From NCBI RefSeq assembly GCF_018350175.1, contig NC_058368.1, forward strand, positions 94,490,001 to 94,554,000: a DNA stretch of 64,000 nucleotides, in the 5' to 3' direction. Source of the DNA: Felis catus (lineage: Eukaryota). The translations under genes and the position numbers were made by a program. A model generated the notes under the pieces. That model saw nothing but the letters and a program-made list of their open reading frames with translations. It had not been told where the DNA came from and ran no database searches. Shown here piece after piece: positions 52,601 through 60,652 of this stretch (position 1 is the first letter of the stretch; each line of letters starts with the position of its first letter).

Positions 52601-55600
52601 GTGGGAAAACCCTAGCTTTGCGTGAATACAGAACGCAGGGTGTAATCAGTTTCAAATTCAACTGATTCCAAAGGAAATCTTACTCCGTTCTTCACCTAGC
52701 GCCCGATTTCTTCTTCAAATACTGTTGTTACATGGCTGAAGTCCTCAGTGTGAAAGCTGGTACACGTTCCTACTCTGTCTCTGTTGTGTTTCGTCATGGG
52801 GAGTACAGAGCTGAAGAGAGAAATGGAGAACAAGCAAATGGAGAGAAGTTAGGCGTTATGGAGTGGGGCACCCGAGCTCTGAACAGCCTATTCCCACTGC
52901 CAGTCATTGGATCAGGCTGGATGCCCTGGTGCCCCCATGCTTATCCAGTGGCCACGCTTGCCTCAGGAAATCAGACATGGCAGGGGAAGGTTGAGGAGGG
53001 AGAATTCGAAAGGAGAGAGACAGGAGGCGATCCAGACGAGAGGGGCCCAAATCCCTGCGCACACCCTACCACAGAATGTTACCATTTTTTTTATTTTTCA
53101 GTTTATTTATTTTTGAGAGGAGAGGGGGGGCAGACAGAGAGAGAGGAAGGGAGAGAGAATCCCAAGCAGGCTCAGCGCTGTCAGCGCAGAGCCCCTAACA
53201 TGGGGCTTGAACACACAAACTGTGAGATGGTGACCTGAGCTGAAATCAAGGGTCAGATGCTCAGCTCAACAGACAGAGCCACCCAGGCTCCCTTGAATGT
53301 TACCAGTTCTTTAAAACGGTAACTAAACTGACACACATAGGCTTTGGTCGTTCAGTTCATGAGCACGTTCCGTTCATGAGCATGTATCGGACCACTGGCA
53401 GGATAAACTATTTGTAATGTATATAGTTTTGCTCAGTAAGGTTTCAGAGATGGCTCTCTCAACAAGAGGGACAGATCATCTGTGGCAGAAAGACCTCCTC
53501 TTGGAATTTCCAAGAATAGTAAGGGATAAAACGTGCCGGGTACTCTGATGGGTGCTTCAATACACAGCATCTCATTTCATCTCTAGAACAATGCTTCGAA
53601 CTATATGTCAGTCCCCATCTTTTATAAGTTATAAACTGCTCAAGATAATTTCAAACCCAGCCCTGCCTCTCAGGGTAGTCTTCTTCCTCTGGTAGAAAAT
53701 CACACTGGTAGGGCCCTAGGTAGCTTTCCACATTTTTTTTTTTTTTTTAAGTTTGGAACTCAGGTTTGTTTTGGCTTTTTTTGTTTGTCTTTTTGTTGTT
53801 GTTTTTGCAAATATTGCCCAATTTCTTGAGTTGTTTTACAAGCTTTTAATACTTGACCAATAAAAATGGAGAATTAAGGGGGCGCCTGAGTGGCTTAGTC
53901 GGTTGAGCATCTGACTTCGGCTCAGGCCGTGATCTCATAGTTGGTGAGTTCAAGACCCGCGTCGGGCTCTGTGCTGACAGGTAGGAGCCCGGAGCCTGCT
54001 TCGGATTCTGTGTCTCCCTCTCTCTCTGCCCCTCCCTGACTGGTGCTCTCCCTCTCGTTCTCTCTCAAAAATAAATAAACATTTAAAAAATTAAAAAAAA
54101 AATGGAAAACTAAGAAGCGTGTCCTCTTTTCCTATAGAAATAAATTTGTTTATATGTAGACTATGTCTCCTTCGCTTTCGTCAGGAACACACAGCTTAAG
54201 TTACAGCTGAAAACTTAAAAAAGAATGAAAGCATTGTTTTCTCTCACCATTGTTTGATATTATGCCAATGTGAAGTCTTGCAATTTTTAGTGTCAAGTAT
54301 ACATTTTTGAAGTAAGTCAGTCGTGTGTATTAACTGTCAACTATCAAAAAAACAGTGTCATTGCAACCCTTTTTTGTTCGGTCCAAAGCATTAACCCTAT
54401 TTTAATTTTCTTTCTTCTTTAATGCATCCAAAAGTCTTTATTTACCTTTTTAACTTCAGCAAGGCTTTGGGCAGGTATGTATCTGCTGTATTTCCGTAAC
54501 AATGTTTCCTGGGGTTTTATTGCAGAAGATCCCTGTTGGCTACTCAAGGACACTAAACTAGAGGGGAAGTTACAGTCACTGTGCCTCTTTGAGGGAACAG
54601 AAGTACTTAGCCCTTCTGTGATCACCAACATCTTGAGAATCTCCAAAGGCATGGATCATTTCTCCACAAACAATATACAAATTCAAAATTTTAAATAAGC
54701 TTTCAGGGTAGTTTAGCCAGAGTTTCCGAAAGTGATCCCATATTAATAACTGTTTGTTAAGGGGCATAATTTTGCATATTTACTTACTCCCTTATAGATT
54801 ATGTTAATTTGAGGTGTGTGACCACTATTCTAACCACTTCATTTAAAAAGATAAAAAACAGTTGTTGTTGTTGTTTTTAGGAGCTTTTTATATGTAACTA
54901 AAAGTTTTAGAACTACGTGTACAGAAATCGATATTTAACTGTAAATGTTTTCTTAGTGCTGATAAAATTCTCTGTATAATAGATTCCCTCTTAAGTGATG
55001 ACCCTAACCTTATTCATACATGATTTTGCTTAGATTCAGGAGATAGGAATCAATAGGGGCTGTACGCTTAGCATTTACCTGCTATATAAAGTATAGCTTT
55101 ATCTTGCAAAACATTTTCCATGTCTGATTAGCATCTTGTTGCTTCGTAGGTATGGAACACAATCGCTGGTTAACCTAATGTACATAATAGGGAGAACCAT
55201 AAGCACAGATTTACAGATCACAGAGGTAAGTACTTTAGATATTGTGAATTGTAACAATAATTCAGGAGCCATTTTTAACGTAATTTGGAATTGCTAAAAT
55301 TAAAAACAACAGGCTTGGGGCGCCTGAGTGGCTCAGTGGGTTAAGCATCCGACTTCAGCTCAGGTGGTGCTCACAGTTTGTGAGTTTAAGACCTGCGTCA
55401 GGTTCTGTGCTGACAGCTCAGGGCCCGGGGCCTGCGTTGGATTCTGTATCCCCTTCTCTCTCTGCCCCTCCCCTGCTCACACTCTGTCTGTCTCTTTCAA
55501 AAGAATAAATAAACATTAAAAATAGATTAAAAACAACAGGCTTATTTGAAGGATTATATTCCCTGCTCCTACTGGTGTTATTTTCACTGTGTGCAGGAAA

Positions 55601-56689
55601 TTACTTTTAATTCTCTCTCGCTGCTGAGATAGAGACCATTCTTGTTCGCGGAGGACTGGGCTGCGTCCTTCCTCACCTAACGTACTGCAGGGGACTCTGG
55701 CCAGGGCCCCGTACCCCAGGCTGGCCTTCCGTGCCTCCCAGCCCTCACGCTGCTGCCACACCTCGCCCAGTTGTCAAAGCTTCAGTAGCTCATTGCAGCC
55801 TTGGAGGAGATTTTTTTCATCTTTCAATTAGCATCCTTTATAACCTGGCCCCCATCTGCCTCTCTGGCTTCATTTTTGCCCCCCTCACCGCCGAGCATCG
55901 GGGAACGAGAGAGACAGACACTCCCAAATATTTTCCCTCGAGTTGGACTGTACCACACACAGGTTTTCTTAAATTTGCATGTTGTCCCACATTTTCTAGA
56001 TTTTGGAAACACTCTGCCTTCTGATCTGGGTGACTTCCCCATGCCTGGCCTTGGCTGGATAAATCTCGTTACCCTTTAAGACCCTGCTCCAAATACCTGT
56101 TCCAGGAATTTTTCCATGAACTGATTTATACCTTCTCCTCAATCATCCTATGAATAGCTGTACCCTGGCCGTGACTACATTATACTGTAATTGGGGTGTA
56201 AATATGTCTACTCCTTGAGGCTATAATGAGCTCCCTGAGGACAGAGACACATTTTAGTCCTATCTGTATTCTAGAAACTAACAATGGGGCTTGTCATTTC
56301 CAGGCTCTGCTTTCTCCTGGGCTGATTTTCTTCTTAGGCAGGCTTTCTCTGCGTGGAGGCAAACATAGCTCCAGGCTTATGTCAGCCTTAACACTGTCAC
56401 TTGCAGGAAAAGAGGTCCTTGCTCACCTAATGTCAAGTTCCAGTCCCATAGAATGACCCTGGTTGGTCCTACGTGGGTCACATGCACCAATCACTGTGTC
56501 CGGTGGGGGGGGGGGTGGGCAGTGAAATACTCCAATGGCCTCGCCTGGGTCATGTGCCCACCTTTGGAGCCAGCCCCACTCAAACCACAGGCCCTGGGAT
56601 AGGAGAGGAATAGTTCTAGAAAGAAAATGGGATCCTTTAACCAGAAAGTAAACTAAGGGGCCAAAGCAAATAACTATTAAAAAAAGAAA

Positions 56690-56741
<52 letters not shown>

Positions 56742-56974
56742 TAAAACAAGGGTAATATATAAATACAACCTCCACACGCCCAGTAGCATGGGTAAAATTA
56801 GAAAGATTTATAATACCACACACTGACAGAGAAGTGAAGCAACCAGAACTCTCTTTTTCTGCTGGTGAGAATGGAACACGGTACAACTATTTTGGAAAAT
56901 AGGCAGTATTTTATTTTATTAAAAAAATTTTTTAATGTTTACTCATTTTTGAGAGAGAGAGAGAGAGAGAGAGA

Positions 56975-57011
<37 letters not shown>

Positions 57012-58300
57012 TAGGGGAGGGGCAGAGAGAGAGGGAGACACAGAAATAGAAGCAGGCTCCAGGCTCTGAGCTGTCAGCACAGAGCCCGATGCTGGGCTTG
57101 AACCCACAGCCGTAAGATCATGACCTGAGCTGAAGTTGGACGCTTCACCCAGGAGCCCCAAGGCAGTATTTTAAAATGTCACTAGACACATAGTGACCTA
57201 TTAATTCCACTTTTAGGTTTTTTTTACTCAAGAGACATTAAAGCCTACATCCACACAGTCTTCTACATGAATATTCATAGCAGCTTCATTCTCGTTAGCC
57301 GAAAAATGGAAACCATCCAAACATCCATCGATAGGTGAATTGATACAGAAAATGTAATATATCCACACCAGGGAATACTACCCTGCAATTAAAAAAAAAA
57401 AAAAGAATAGGTTTGTGTAATGGCCTGGATAGATCTCAAGATGATGGTGCTGAGTTTAAAACACACACACACATTCTAAAAAATGCAAATATAACCTCTA
57501 GTGATAAAAGGCAGATCAATGGCTGCCTGGGACAGAGGGAGGGTTGCAAAGTGCCTGAAGGAATTTGTGGGTAGTGGAAATGTACTGTGTTTTGAACGTG
57601 TCTATGTGTTTCACGGGTGTATATAGTCATCACAACTCATTTGTATGCTTTAGTGAGTATAATTTATTGTCCATTGATTTCATTTCAATAGACTTAATTT
57701 TTTTTTTTTTTTAATGCCTGAGTACAAATTAAACACCATGGCCTGGGACCATATTCCTAAGAACAGAAGGGGCCTGTGTAAATAAGAAAGGAAACTCAAT
57801 CGCCTCTTGGCCTTTTGGCTCAGATCAAGCGTCGTGTCTGTTCTTACCAGTTTTATAACTGATACATCCTCTCTCCGAGGGCAATATATTAAATGGATTT
57901 GGGGAGCAGGGAGATGGCCTAGGAGCTTGCTCCGTCCCCTCCATGCATCGAGCTGGTTAAAAAAAACGAGAAGAGGGGCGCCTGGGTGGCTCAGTCGGTT
58001 GAGCATCCGACTTCGGCTCAGGTCATGATCTCACGGTCCGTGAGTTCGAGCCCCGCATCGGGCTCTGTGCTGACAGCTCAGAGCCTGGAGCCTGCTTCAG
58101 ATTCTGTGTCTCCCTCTCACTCTGCCCCTCCCCTGTTCATGCTCTGTCTCTCTCTGTCTCAAAATTAAATAAACGTTAAAAAAAAAAAAAAGAGAAGAAA
58201 GAAAAAATCAACCTCTCTGCCCCAGCAAATACACCAACACACATGTAAGTCATAAAGGCCTGAGGTTTGATCGTGAGCCAAAAAAAGAAAAAAGAGAGAG

Positions 58301-58332
<32 letters not shown>

Positions 58333-59898
58333 AGCAGTGAGCTGTGTAGTTGTTGTTAAGAGAGAGGAAGAACCACTAATTCCTGAAGGAATGATCTCTG
58401 TTTGCATTTGGGCCTGCCTGAGACTGAGCTGTCAGGACGTGATTTACCAGGGACTCCCTGGACAAGAGAGTGAAGGGCACACCCAGAAATGCTGGAAGGA
58501 GTGCTCCCACAGGGATGGCGAGTTTGTGCGAGTATCTTCCTTTTTTTTTTTTTTTTAATGTTTGTTTATTTTTGAGAGAGAGAGTGCAAACGCAAGCAGG
58601 GGAGGGGCAGACAGAGAGGGAGACCCAGAATCCAAAGCAGGCTCCAGGCTGTGAGCTGTCAGCACAGAGCCCGACTCGGGGCTGGACCCTGTCCATGAGA
58701 CATAGTTAGACACTCAACCGGCTGAGCCACCCAGGAGCCCCAGTGTGCTGGTATCGTCTAAAGGGCATCAGTTCATCTTTGTGTCTACAGAACCCAGCAA
58801 AGATTTTTTGTTTAATGAATGAAGTGTGTATAAATTTAGCTGTCCTCAAAGTTCCGAAACTGTACTCACTGATAGTTGATTTTTATTAATGCAAAAGTAT
58901 GTTTCGCAGGGGTTCAATTCTTGCAGTTTTGAAAACAAGTTAAATTAGCTACTACGAATAGCCTTGCCAAAAAGTAGTCATCTCCAAGGGTCCTGCCATA
59001 ATCTATGTGTTCACAGGATCGTATGGAGAATAATGACAAGAATAAAAATGAAAAGCCACACGAGTCTCTTCTCCCTCTAGCGTAGCACAGGTACTATACG
59101 CTCTCCATTATTTCTTGCTCAGGGCTTCATGCTGCACCCGCCAGAGCCTGGCCTCACGCTCTCCAGCACACATGAAGCCCACCTACAGTCCCACAGACAC
59201 CTCTCCCCACCCCACCCCCCCCGCCACGCATTACAGGTGCATCAGGGCTGTGGCCTGTCGCTCCCACGGCAGGCAGGTGTGGGAGAGGCCGGGAGGTCTG
59301 TTCCTGGTTCCTTCACCTGCTCTTTCCTCCAAACTGACTTTTCTTTGACCTTGTAATTAGGCTTGATGGCCTATTTCTGCTCAATTTCAAGTACATTAGT
59401 GTTTAAGTGACATTTTGTGAGCGGGGGATGGGTACACAGTCATCTGGGATGTTCTAAATTCTAATCCAGTGACACAGAAATAGACTTTTGGAATATAACT
59501 TATTAGTTCATTGGGGTCTGGCTGATGTAGAATATTGAGGTAGATGTTCCCATAAATAAATGCCCCAGCTGACCCAGTGAAGGAATCTAGCCAGTGGACA
59601 AAGCTACTATCTCAATATTTTTTTTTAATGTTTGTTTATTTTTGAGAGACAGTGCAAGCGGGGGAACGATAGAGATGGGGGACAGAGGATTTGAAGCAGG
59701 CTCTGTGCTGACAGCAATGAGCCTGATGTGGCACTCGAACTCACAAACTGTGGGATCATGACCTGAGCCAAAGTTGGACGCTCAACCAACTGAACCACCC
59801 AGGTGGCCCATTTCAATATTCTTTTTTAAAATAACTTAAAAAGTTTTTTTTAAGTATTTGTTTTTGAGAGAGAGAGAGACAGAGAGTGAGTAGGGAGG

Positions 59899-59940
<42 letters not shown>

Positions 59941-60652
59941 ATCCAAAGCAGGCTCCAGACTCTAAGCTGTCTGCCTAGAGCCTGATGTGGGACTCAAATT
60001 CATGAACCATGAAATCATGACCTGAGCTGAAGTTGGACGCCTAGCCTACTGAGCCACCCAGGCCCCCCCGCCCCCGCCACCATCTCAGTATTCTTAAATA
60101 AAGGATACACTTGTAAAGGCACAGATGTTGGGTGCCAGCTTTGAGCTTGAGGAGTTGCAAAGTTTCTTTCCAGATAAGAGAAGATCTCACTGTATCTCTG
60201 CCCACACATCTTGTATAATCCCCGATATGCATTCAGTAGGTCATTATCAAGCACCTACTGTGTGCCCTCGGGGGAACAGAGCAGTGAACAAAACAGACGA
60301 AGTTCCCCTTCCACAGATGGAATCCGCACCTGATTCTTCAGGGTAGGTGTGCGGTCTCCCCAGGAGCACGCCATCTAGAGGCCGGCCTTCCCACCCGCCC
60401 CTGCCCACACGGGCCATTTGCAAGCCTGTTGTTACTGAGCATGAACTTGGCCTTCTTCTGGCTAAACGAGACCTGAGTTTGCACTGACCGGCCTTCCCTT
60501 TGTCCTTCAAGCTGCAGCAGTTTTTCGGCAACATGTTGGAAGAGCACCAGAAGCTCACAGTTCGTGCCAAATTACAGACAATAAAGAACAAAAATCTGGA
60601 AAACAAAAAGCGCAATGCCAGGATGACAGCGTGGCTACGGAAAAACACGTAA
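7411..60652 (+). CDS. LVRN: Laeverin / aminopeptidase Q (Taqpep), spliced CDS span of exons 2-20; 5'-partial, exon 1 outside the window
   Basis: 19 exons join in frame (2281 nt). They contain the M1 motifs FPCFDEP, xAMEN, HEIGH-18-E and TYNKG, and the C-terminus WLRKNT* closely matches human LVRN as I recall it. Confidence 0.97.
8452..8665 (-). mobile_element. CanSINE
   Basis: Antisense body. Confidence 0.9.
8670..9285 (-). mobile_element. L1 3'-end fragment (carnivore/L1MA-like) interrupted by a SINE
   Basis: agatttcacatgtcagtgaaattgtatggtgtttgtctttccctgacttatttcacttaa is a typical antisense L1 3' end. Confidence 0.7.
8790..9009 (-). mobile_element. CanSINE
   Basis: TSD aaagttaggact. Confidence 0.92.
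9418..9557 (+). CDS. LVRN: LVRN exon 3 (140 nt)
   Basis: ccgtag|gt...gag|gtgagt; [47 protein letters not shown]. Confidence 0.95.
10158..10361 (+). mobile_element. CanSINE
   Basis: Head, body, tail. Confidence 0.9.
10822..11050 (-). mobile_element. CanSINE with (GA)n
   Basis: Antisense body. Confidence 0.92.
11575..11776 (-). mobile_element. CanSINE
   Basis: Antisense body. Confidence 0.9.
13350..13874. mobile_element. Tigger2-family (Tigger2a/MER28-like) DNA transposon relic
   Basis: Ends cagctgaccttgaa... and ...ttcaggattcgtcaactg; internal gtcaacagtaggctgttag motif. Confidence 0.75.
13405..13619 (-). mobile_element. CanSINE nested in the Tigger2 relic
   Basis: Antisense body. Confidence 0.9.
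14014..14140 (+). CDS. LVRN: LVRN exon 4 (127 nt)
   Basis: atttag|ata...acag|gtgagc; [42 protein letters not shown]. Confidence 0.95.
15786..15993 (-). mobile_element. CanSINE with (GA)n
   Basis: Antisense body. Confidence 0.9.
16121..16339 (-). mobile_element. CanSINE (felid type)
   Basis: TSD tgtgcttttaactt. Confidence 0.93.
16521..16753 (-). mobile_element. CanSINE
   Basis: TSD tctaggtgctttt. Confidence 0.93.
16930..17700 (+). mobile_element. Old L1 (L1ME/MB-like) 3' fragment
   Basis: aagaatgttcatagc...aatagccccagactgaaggcaacc...aatggatagataaatt. Confidence 0.65.
17253..17486 (+). mobile_element. CanSINE
   Basis: TSD agaatatcttaa(g/a)accca. Confidence 0.93.
17808..18010. mobile_element. 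MER5A-like hAT-Charlie relic
   Basis: cagcggttctcaaactttagcatgcattagaaccacctg...tctgattcagtaggtctg. Confidence 0.75.
18027..18190. mobile_element. MER58-like hAT relic
   Basis: aggggttggcaaactat...ggcccactgcctttt. Confidence 0.6.
18380..18610 (-). mobile_element. CanSINE
   Basis: Antisense body; TSD tattgtcattttt. Confidence 0.9.
18753..18946 (+). mobile_element. CanSINE
   Basis: TSD agaaacactaaaga. Confidence 0.92.
18960..20860 (-). mobile_element. Mosaic of old antisense L1 fragments (L1MC/MD/ME-like)
   Basis: acatttgttacaattgatgaaccaatattgatac; aactgtcttccaaagcg...cttcccaccagcaatgagggagagttc. Confidence 0.7.
19858..20095. mobile_element. TcMar/Tigger-like MITE with terminal inverted repeats, nested in L1
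   Basis: Left end aaaaccttggattgtgag; right end ctcgcaaaccaaggtttt. Confidence 0.65.
20928..21082 (+). CDS. LVRN: LVRN exon 5 (155 nt; SAMEN and HEIGH motifs; GC donor)
   Basis: acttag|at...cag|gcatgt; [52 protein letters not shown]. Confidence 0.93.
21195..21480 (-). mobile_element. CanSINE with a (TTTC)n tail microsatellite
   Basis: TSD tatggtacaccagattt at 21181 and 21481. Confidence 0.93.
22594..22802 (-). mobile_element. CanSINE
   Basis: TSD tgaac(a/t)tgacag. Confidence 0.92.
23057..23170 (+). CDS. LVRN: LVRN exon 6 (114 nt; third zinc ligand Glu)
   Basis: caaaag|tgg...aga|gtaagt; [38 protein letters not shown]. Confidence 0.95.
23467..23593 (-). mobile_element. Short 5'-truncated felid L1 (L1_Fc-like 3' end)
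   Basis: T tail + aatatgaaatttattgtcaaattggtttccatac...; TSD tgaaaacagga. Confidence 0.85.
23783..24033. repeat. AT-rich imperfect tandem duplication (2 x about 120 bp)
   Basis: Both copies start tatggataa and end atcagctatgttgctgatagcatat. Confidence 0.8.
24333..24534 (-). mobile_element. CanSINE
   Basis: Antisense body. Confidence 0.88.
24978..25189 (-). mobile_element. CanSINE
   Basis: Antisense body. Confidence 0.9.
25310..25710 (-). mobile_element. MIR fragments
   Basis: aagtgacttgcccaagtca and aagtaagttgttcaaggtctcatggcta MIR core motifs. Confidence 0.6.
25754..25798. repeat. (TG)n microsatellite
   Basis: About 22 units. Confidence 0.95.
26255..26678 (-). mobile_element. Two tandem CanSINEs (26255-26465, 26473-26678)
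   Basis: Two antisense bodies. Confidence 0.92.
27613..27831 (-). mobile_element. CanSINE (inside a MIR)
   Basis: Antisense body. Confidence 0.9.
28425..28661 (-). mobile_element. CanSINE
   Basis: Antisense body. Confidence 0.92.
29097..29313 (-). mobile_element. CanSINE
   Basis: Antisense body. Confidence 0.9.
29944..30087 (+). CDS. LVRN: LVRN exon 7 (144 nt)
   Basis: ttttag|aat...aag|gtaaaa; [48 protein letters not shown]. Confidence 0.95.
30421..30661 (-). mobile_element. CanSINE
   Basis: TSD cctgaattc. Confidence 0.92.
30875..30940 (+). CDS. LVRN: LVRN exon 8 (66 nt)
   Basis: tcttag|gga...aag|gtgagt; [22 protein letters not shown]. Confidence 0.95.
31046..31111 (+). CDS. LVRN: LVRN exon 9 (66 nt)
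   Basis: ttacag|tca...atg|gtaatt; [22 protein letters not shown]. Confidence 0.95.
31329..31501 (+). CDS. LVRN: LVRN exon 10 (173 nt)
   Basis: aaacag|gtc...caa|gtaggt; [57 protein letters not shown]. Confidence 0.94.
32465..32582 (-). mobile_element. Short L1_Carn 3'-end insertion
   Basis: T tail, catcaccctgtgctcatcac; TSD tctgtgactt. Confidence 0.7.
33156..33405 (+). mobile_element. CanSINE
   Basis: TSD aaaac(a/c)acattgaat. Confidence 0.92.
33566..33642 (+). CDS. LVRN: LVRN exon 11 (77 nt)
   Basis: cataag|c...gca|gtaagt; [26 protein letters not shown]. Confidence 0.93.
34008..34147 (+). CDS. LVRN: LVRN exon 12 (140 nt)
   Basis: ttgtag|aa...aag|gtaaga; [47 protein letters not shown]. Confidence 0.95.
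34202..34398 (-). mobile_element. CanSINE
   Basis: Antisense body about 55 nt after exon 12. Confidence 0.88.
34678..34790 (+). mobile_element. Short old CanSINE
   Basis: ggggcacctggctggctc...gggtgtagag + A tail. Confidence 0.8.
34927..35156 (+). mobile_element. CanSINE with (CT)n
   Basis: Head, CT tract, tail. Confidence 0.9.
35592..35818 (-). mobile_element. Young felid CanSINE (SINEC_Fc-like)
   Basis: Perfect TSD gcaaccttgggctttc. Confidence 0.95.
36045..36265 (-). mobile_element. CanSINE
   Basis: Antisense body. Confidence 0.9.
36296..36570 (+). mobile_element. CanSINE with expanded C/T-rich 3' region
   Basis: Head plus repeated ctctccctccctctgcccctcccc. Confidence 0.85.
37554..37609 (+). 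CDS. LVRN: LVRN exon 13 (56 nt)
   Basis: ttgcag|gcc...gaa|gtgagt; [18 protein letters not shown]. Confidence 0.95.
37640..37859 (-). mobile_element. CanSINE just downstream of exon 13
   Basis: TSD ctcttc(t/a)ctcatggtttt. Confidence 0.93.
38030..38245 (+). mobile_element. L1MB-like 3' fragment
   Basis: catgctaatgaaataagccagtcacagaaagg...gattccatttatagg. Confidence 0.7.
38262..38482 (-). mobile_element. CanSINE
   Basis: Antisense body. Confidence 0.9.
38504..38726 (-). mobile_element. Young felid CanSINE (SINEC_Fc-like)
   Basis: TSD ataattcaacattttaaa. Confidence 0.95.
39587..39832 (+). mobile_element. CanSINE
   Basis: Head, CT tract, tail. Confidence 0.9.
40100..40850 (+). mobile_element. 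L2 fragments
   Basis: ctcctccaggaagccttccctgac...aatacttgctgaatgaa L2 3' motifs. Confidence 0.55.
41162..41315 (+). CDS. LVRN: LVRN exon 14 (154 nt)
   Basis: aaacag|a...aag|gtaatc; [52 protein letters not shown]. Confidence 0.94.
41650..41845 (-). mobile_element. CanSINE
   Basis: TSD aaacagaaag(g/a)cttt. Confidence 0.85.
42465..42674 (-). mobile_element. CanSINE
   Basis: Antisense body. Confidence 0.92.
43191..43285 (+). CDS. LVRN: LVRN exon 15 (95 nt)
   Basis: ttatag|aag...cct|gtaagt; [31 protein letters not shown]. Confidence 0.94.
45063..45170 (+). CDS. LVRN: LVRN exon 16 (108 nt)
   Basis: tttaag|c...tga|gtaaga; [36 protein letters not shown]. Confidence 0.94.
45993..46187 (-). mobile_element. 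CanSINE nested in L1
   Basis: TSD taagagactc. Confidence 0.92.
46380..46586 (-). mobile_element. CanSINE upstream of exon 17
   Basis: TSD taactaacttgaatt. Confidence 0.93.
46622..46661. repeat. (TG)n microsatellite about 70 nt upstream of exon 17
   Basis: About 19 units. Confidence 0.95.
46731..46898 (+). CDS. LVRN: LVRN exon 17 (168 nt; W841 codon TGG at 46795-46797)
   Basis: ttacag|a...cag|gtaatc; [56 protein letters not shown]. Confidence 0.95.
46953..47150 (+). mobile_element. CanSINE downstream of exon 17
   Basis: ctgggtggctcagtcagttaagcatc...aaaaataaataaac. Confidence 0.9.
47343..47480 (+). CDS. LVRN: LVRN exon 18 (138 nt)
   Basis: ttgcag|a...aag|gtaagg; [46 protein letters not shown]. 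Confidence 0.95.
48000..48206 (+). mobile_element. CanSINE
   Basis: TSD cagcatgc. Confidence 0.92.
48565..48718 (+). mobile_element. CanSINE, internally deleted
   Basis: Head, body, tail. Confidence 0.85.
49600..49805 (+). mobile_element. CanSINE
   Basis: Head, body, tail. Confidence 0.9.
49920..50130. mobile_element. MER3/MER33-like hAT relic
   Basis: caatatgatagccactagc...tagaacattgtcatcaccacagagagttc...ggatagcactg. Confidence 0.65.
50482..50707 (-). mobile_element. CanSINE
   Basis: TSD taaatgtat(a/g)aact. Confidence 0.92.
51125..51340 (+). mobile_element. CanSINE
   Basis: Head, CT tract, tail. Confidence 0.92.
53085..53292 (-). mobile_element. CanSINE
   Basis: TSD gaatgttacca. Confidence 0.9.
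53878..54102 (+). mobile_element. CanSINE
   Basis: TSD aaaaatgga(g/a)aa(t/c)taag. Confidence 0.92.
55150..55225 (+). CDS. LVRN: LVRN exon 19 (76 nt)
   Basis: tcgtag|g...gag|gtaagt; [26 protein letters not shown]. Confidence 0.94.
55317..55525 (+). mobile_element. CanSINE
   Basis: TSD ttaaaaacaacaggctt. Confidence 0.92.
56310..56670. mobile_element. MLT1-type (ERVL-MaLR) LTR relic
   Basis: gggtcacatgcaccaatcactgtg...cctgggtcatgtgcccacc motifs. Confidence 0.6.
56691..56739. repeat. (CA)n microsatellite
   Basis: About 24 units. Confidence 0.95.
56760..57680 (+). mobile_element. Old L1ME-like 3' fragment
   Basis: gaatattcatagcagcttcatt...aaatggaaaccatccaaacatccatc. Confidence 0.65.
56927..57158 (-). 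mobile_element. CanSINE
   Basis: TSD aggcagtatttta. Confidence 0.9.
57799..57957 (+). pseudogene. U2 snRNA retropseudogene, 3'-truncated, A-tailed
   Basis: atcgcctcttggccttttggctcagatcaagcgtcgtgtctgttctt...gcatcgagctggt aligns to about U2 nt 1-159 with many substitutions, including in the branch-site recognition sequence. Confidence 0.92.
57976..58191 (+). mobile_element. CanSINE inserted in the U2 pseudogene tail
   Basis: TSD-like aaaa(c)gagaaga on both sides. Confidence 0.93.
58541..58741 (-). mobile_element. CanSINE
   Basis: Antisense body. Confidence 0.88.
59617..60066 (-). mobile_element. Two CanSINEs (59617-59809, 59845-60066)
   Basis: Two antisense bodies. Confidence 0.9.
60512..60652 (+). 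CDS. LVRN: LVRN exon 20, coding part (141 nt including TAA)
   Basis: ttcaag|ctg; [46 protein letters not shown]. Confidence 0.93.
   Translation: MQQFFGNMLEEHQKLTVRAKLQTIKNKNLENKKRNARMTAWLRKNT

Noticed and set aside
52732..53238. 168-aa intronic ORF
   Set aside because: It ends in an antisense SINE, and I recognise no homology or splice context.
53348..53382. Short direct repeat gttc(a/c)gttcatgagca x2
   Set aside because: A single local slippage duplication with no further structure.
57799..57957. Functional U2 snRNA gene
   Set aside because: It is 3'-truncated, mutated at the branch-recognition and Sm sites, and has an A tail with TSDs.
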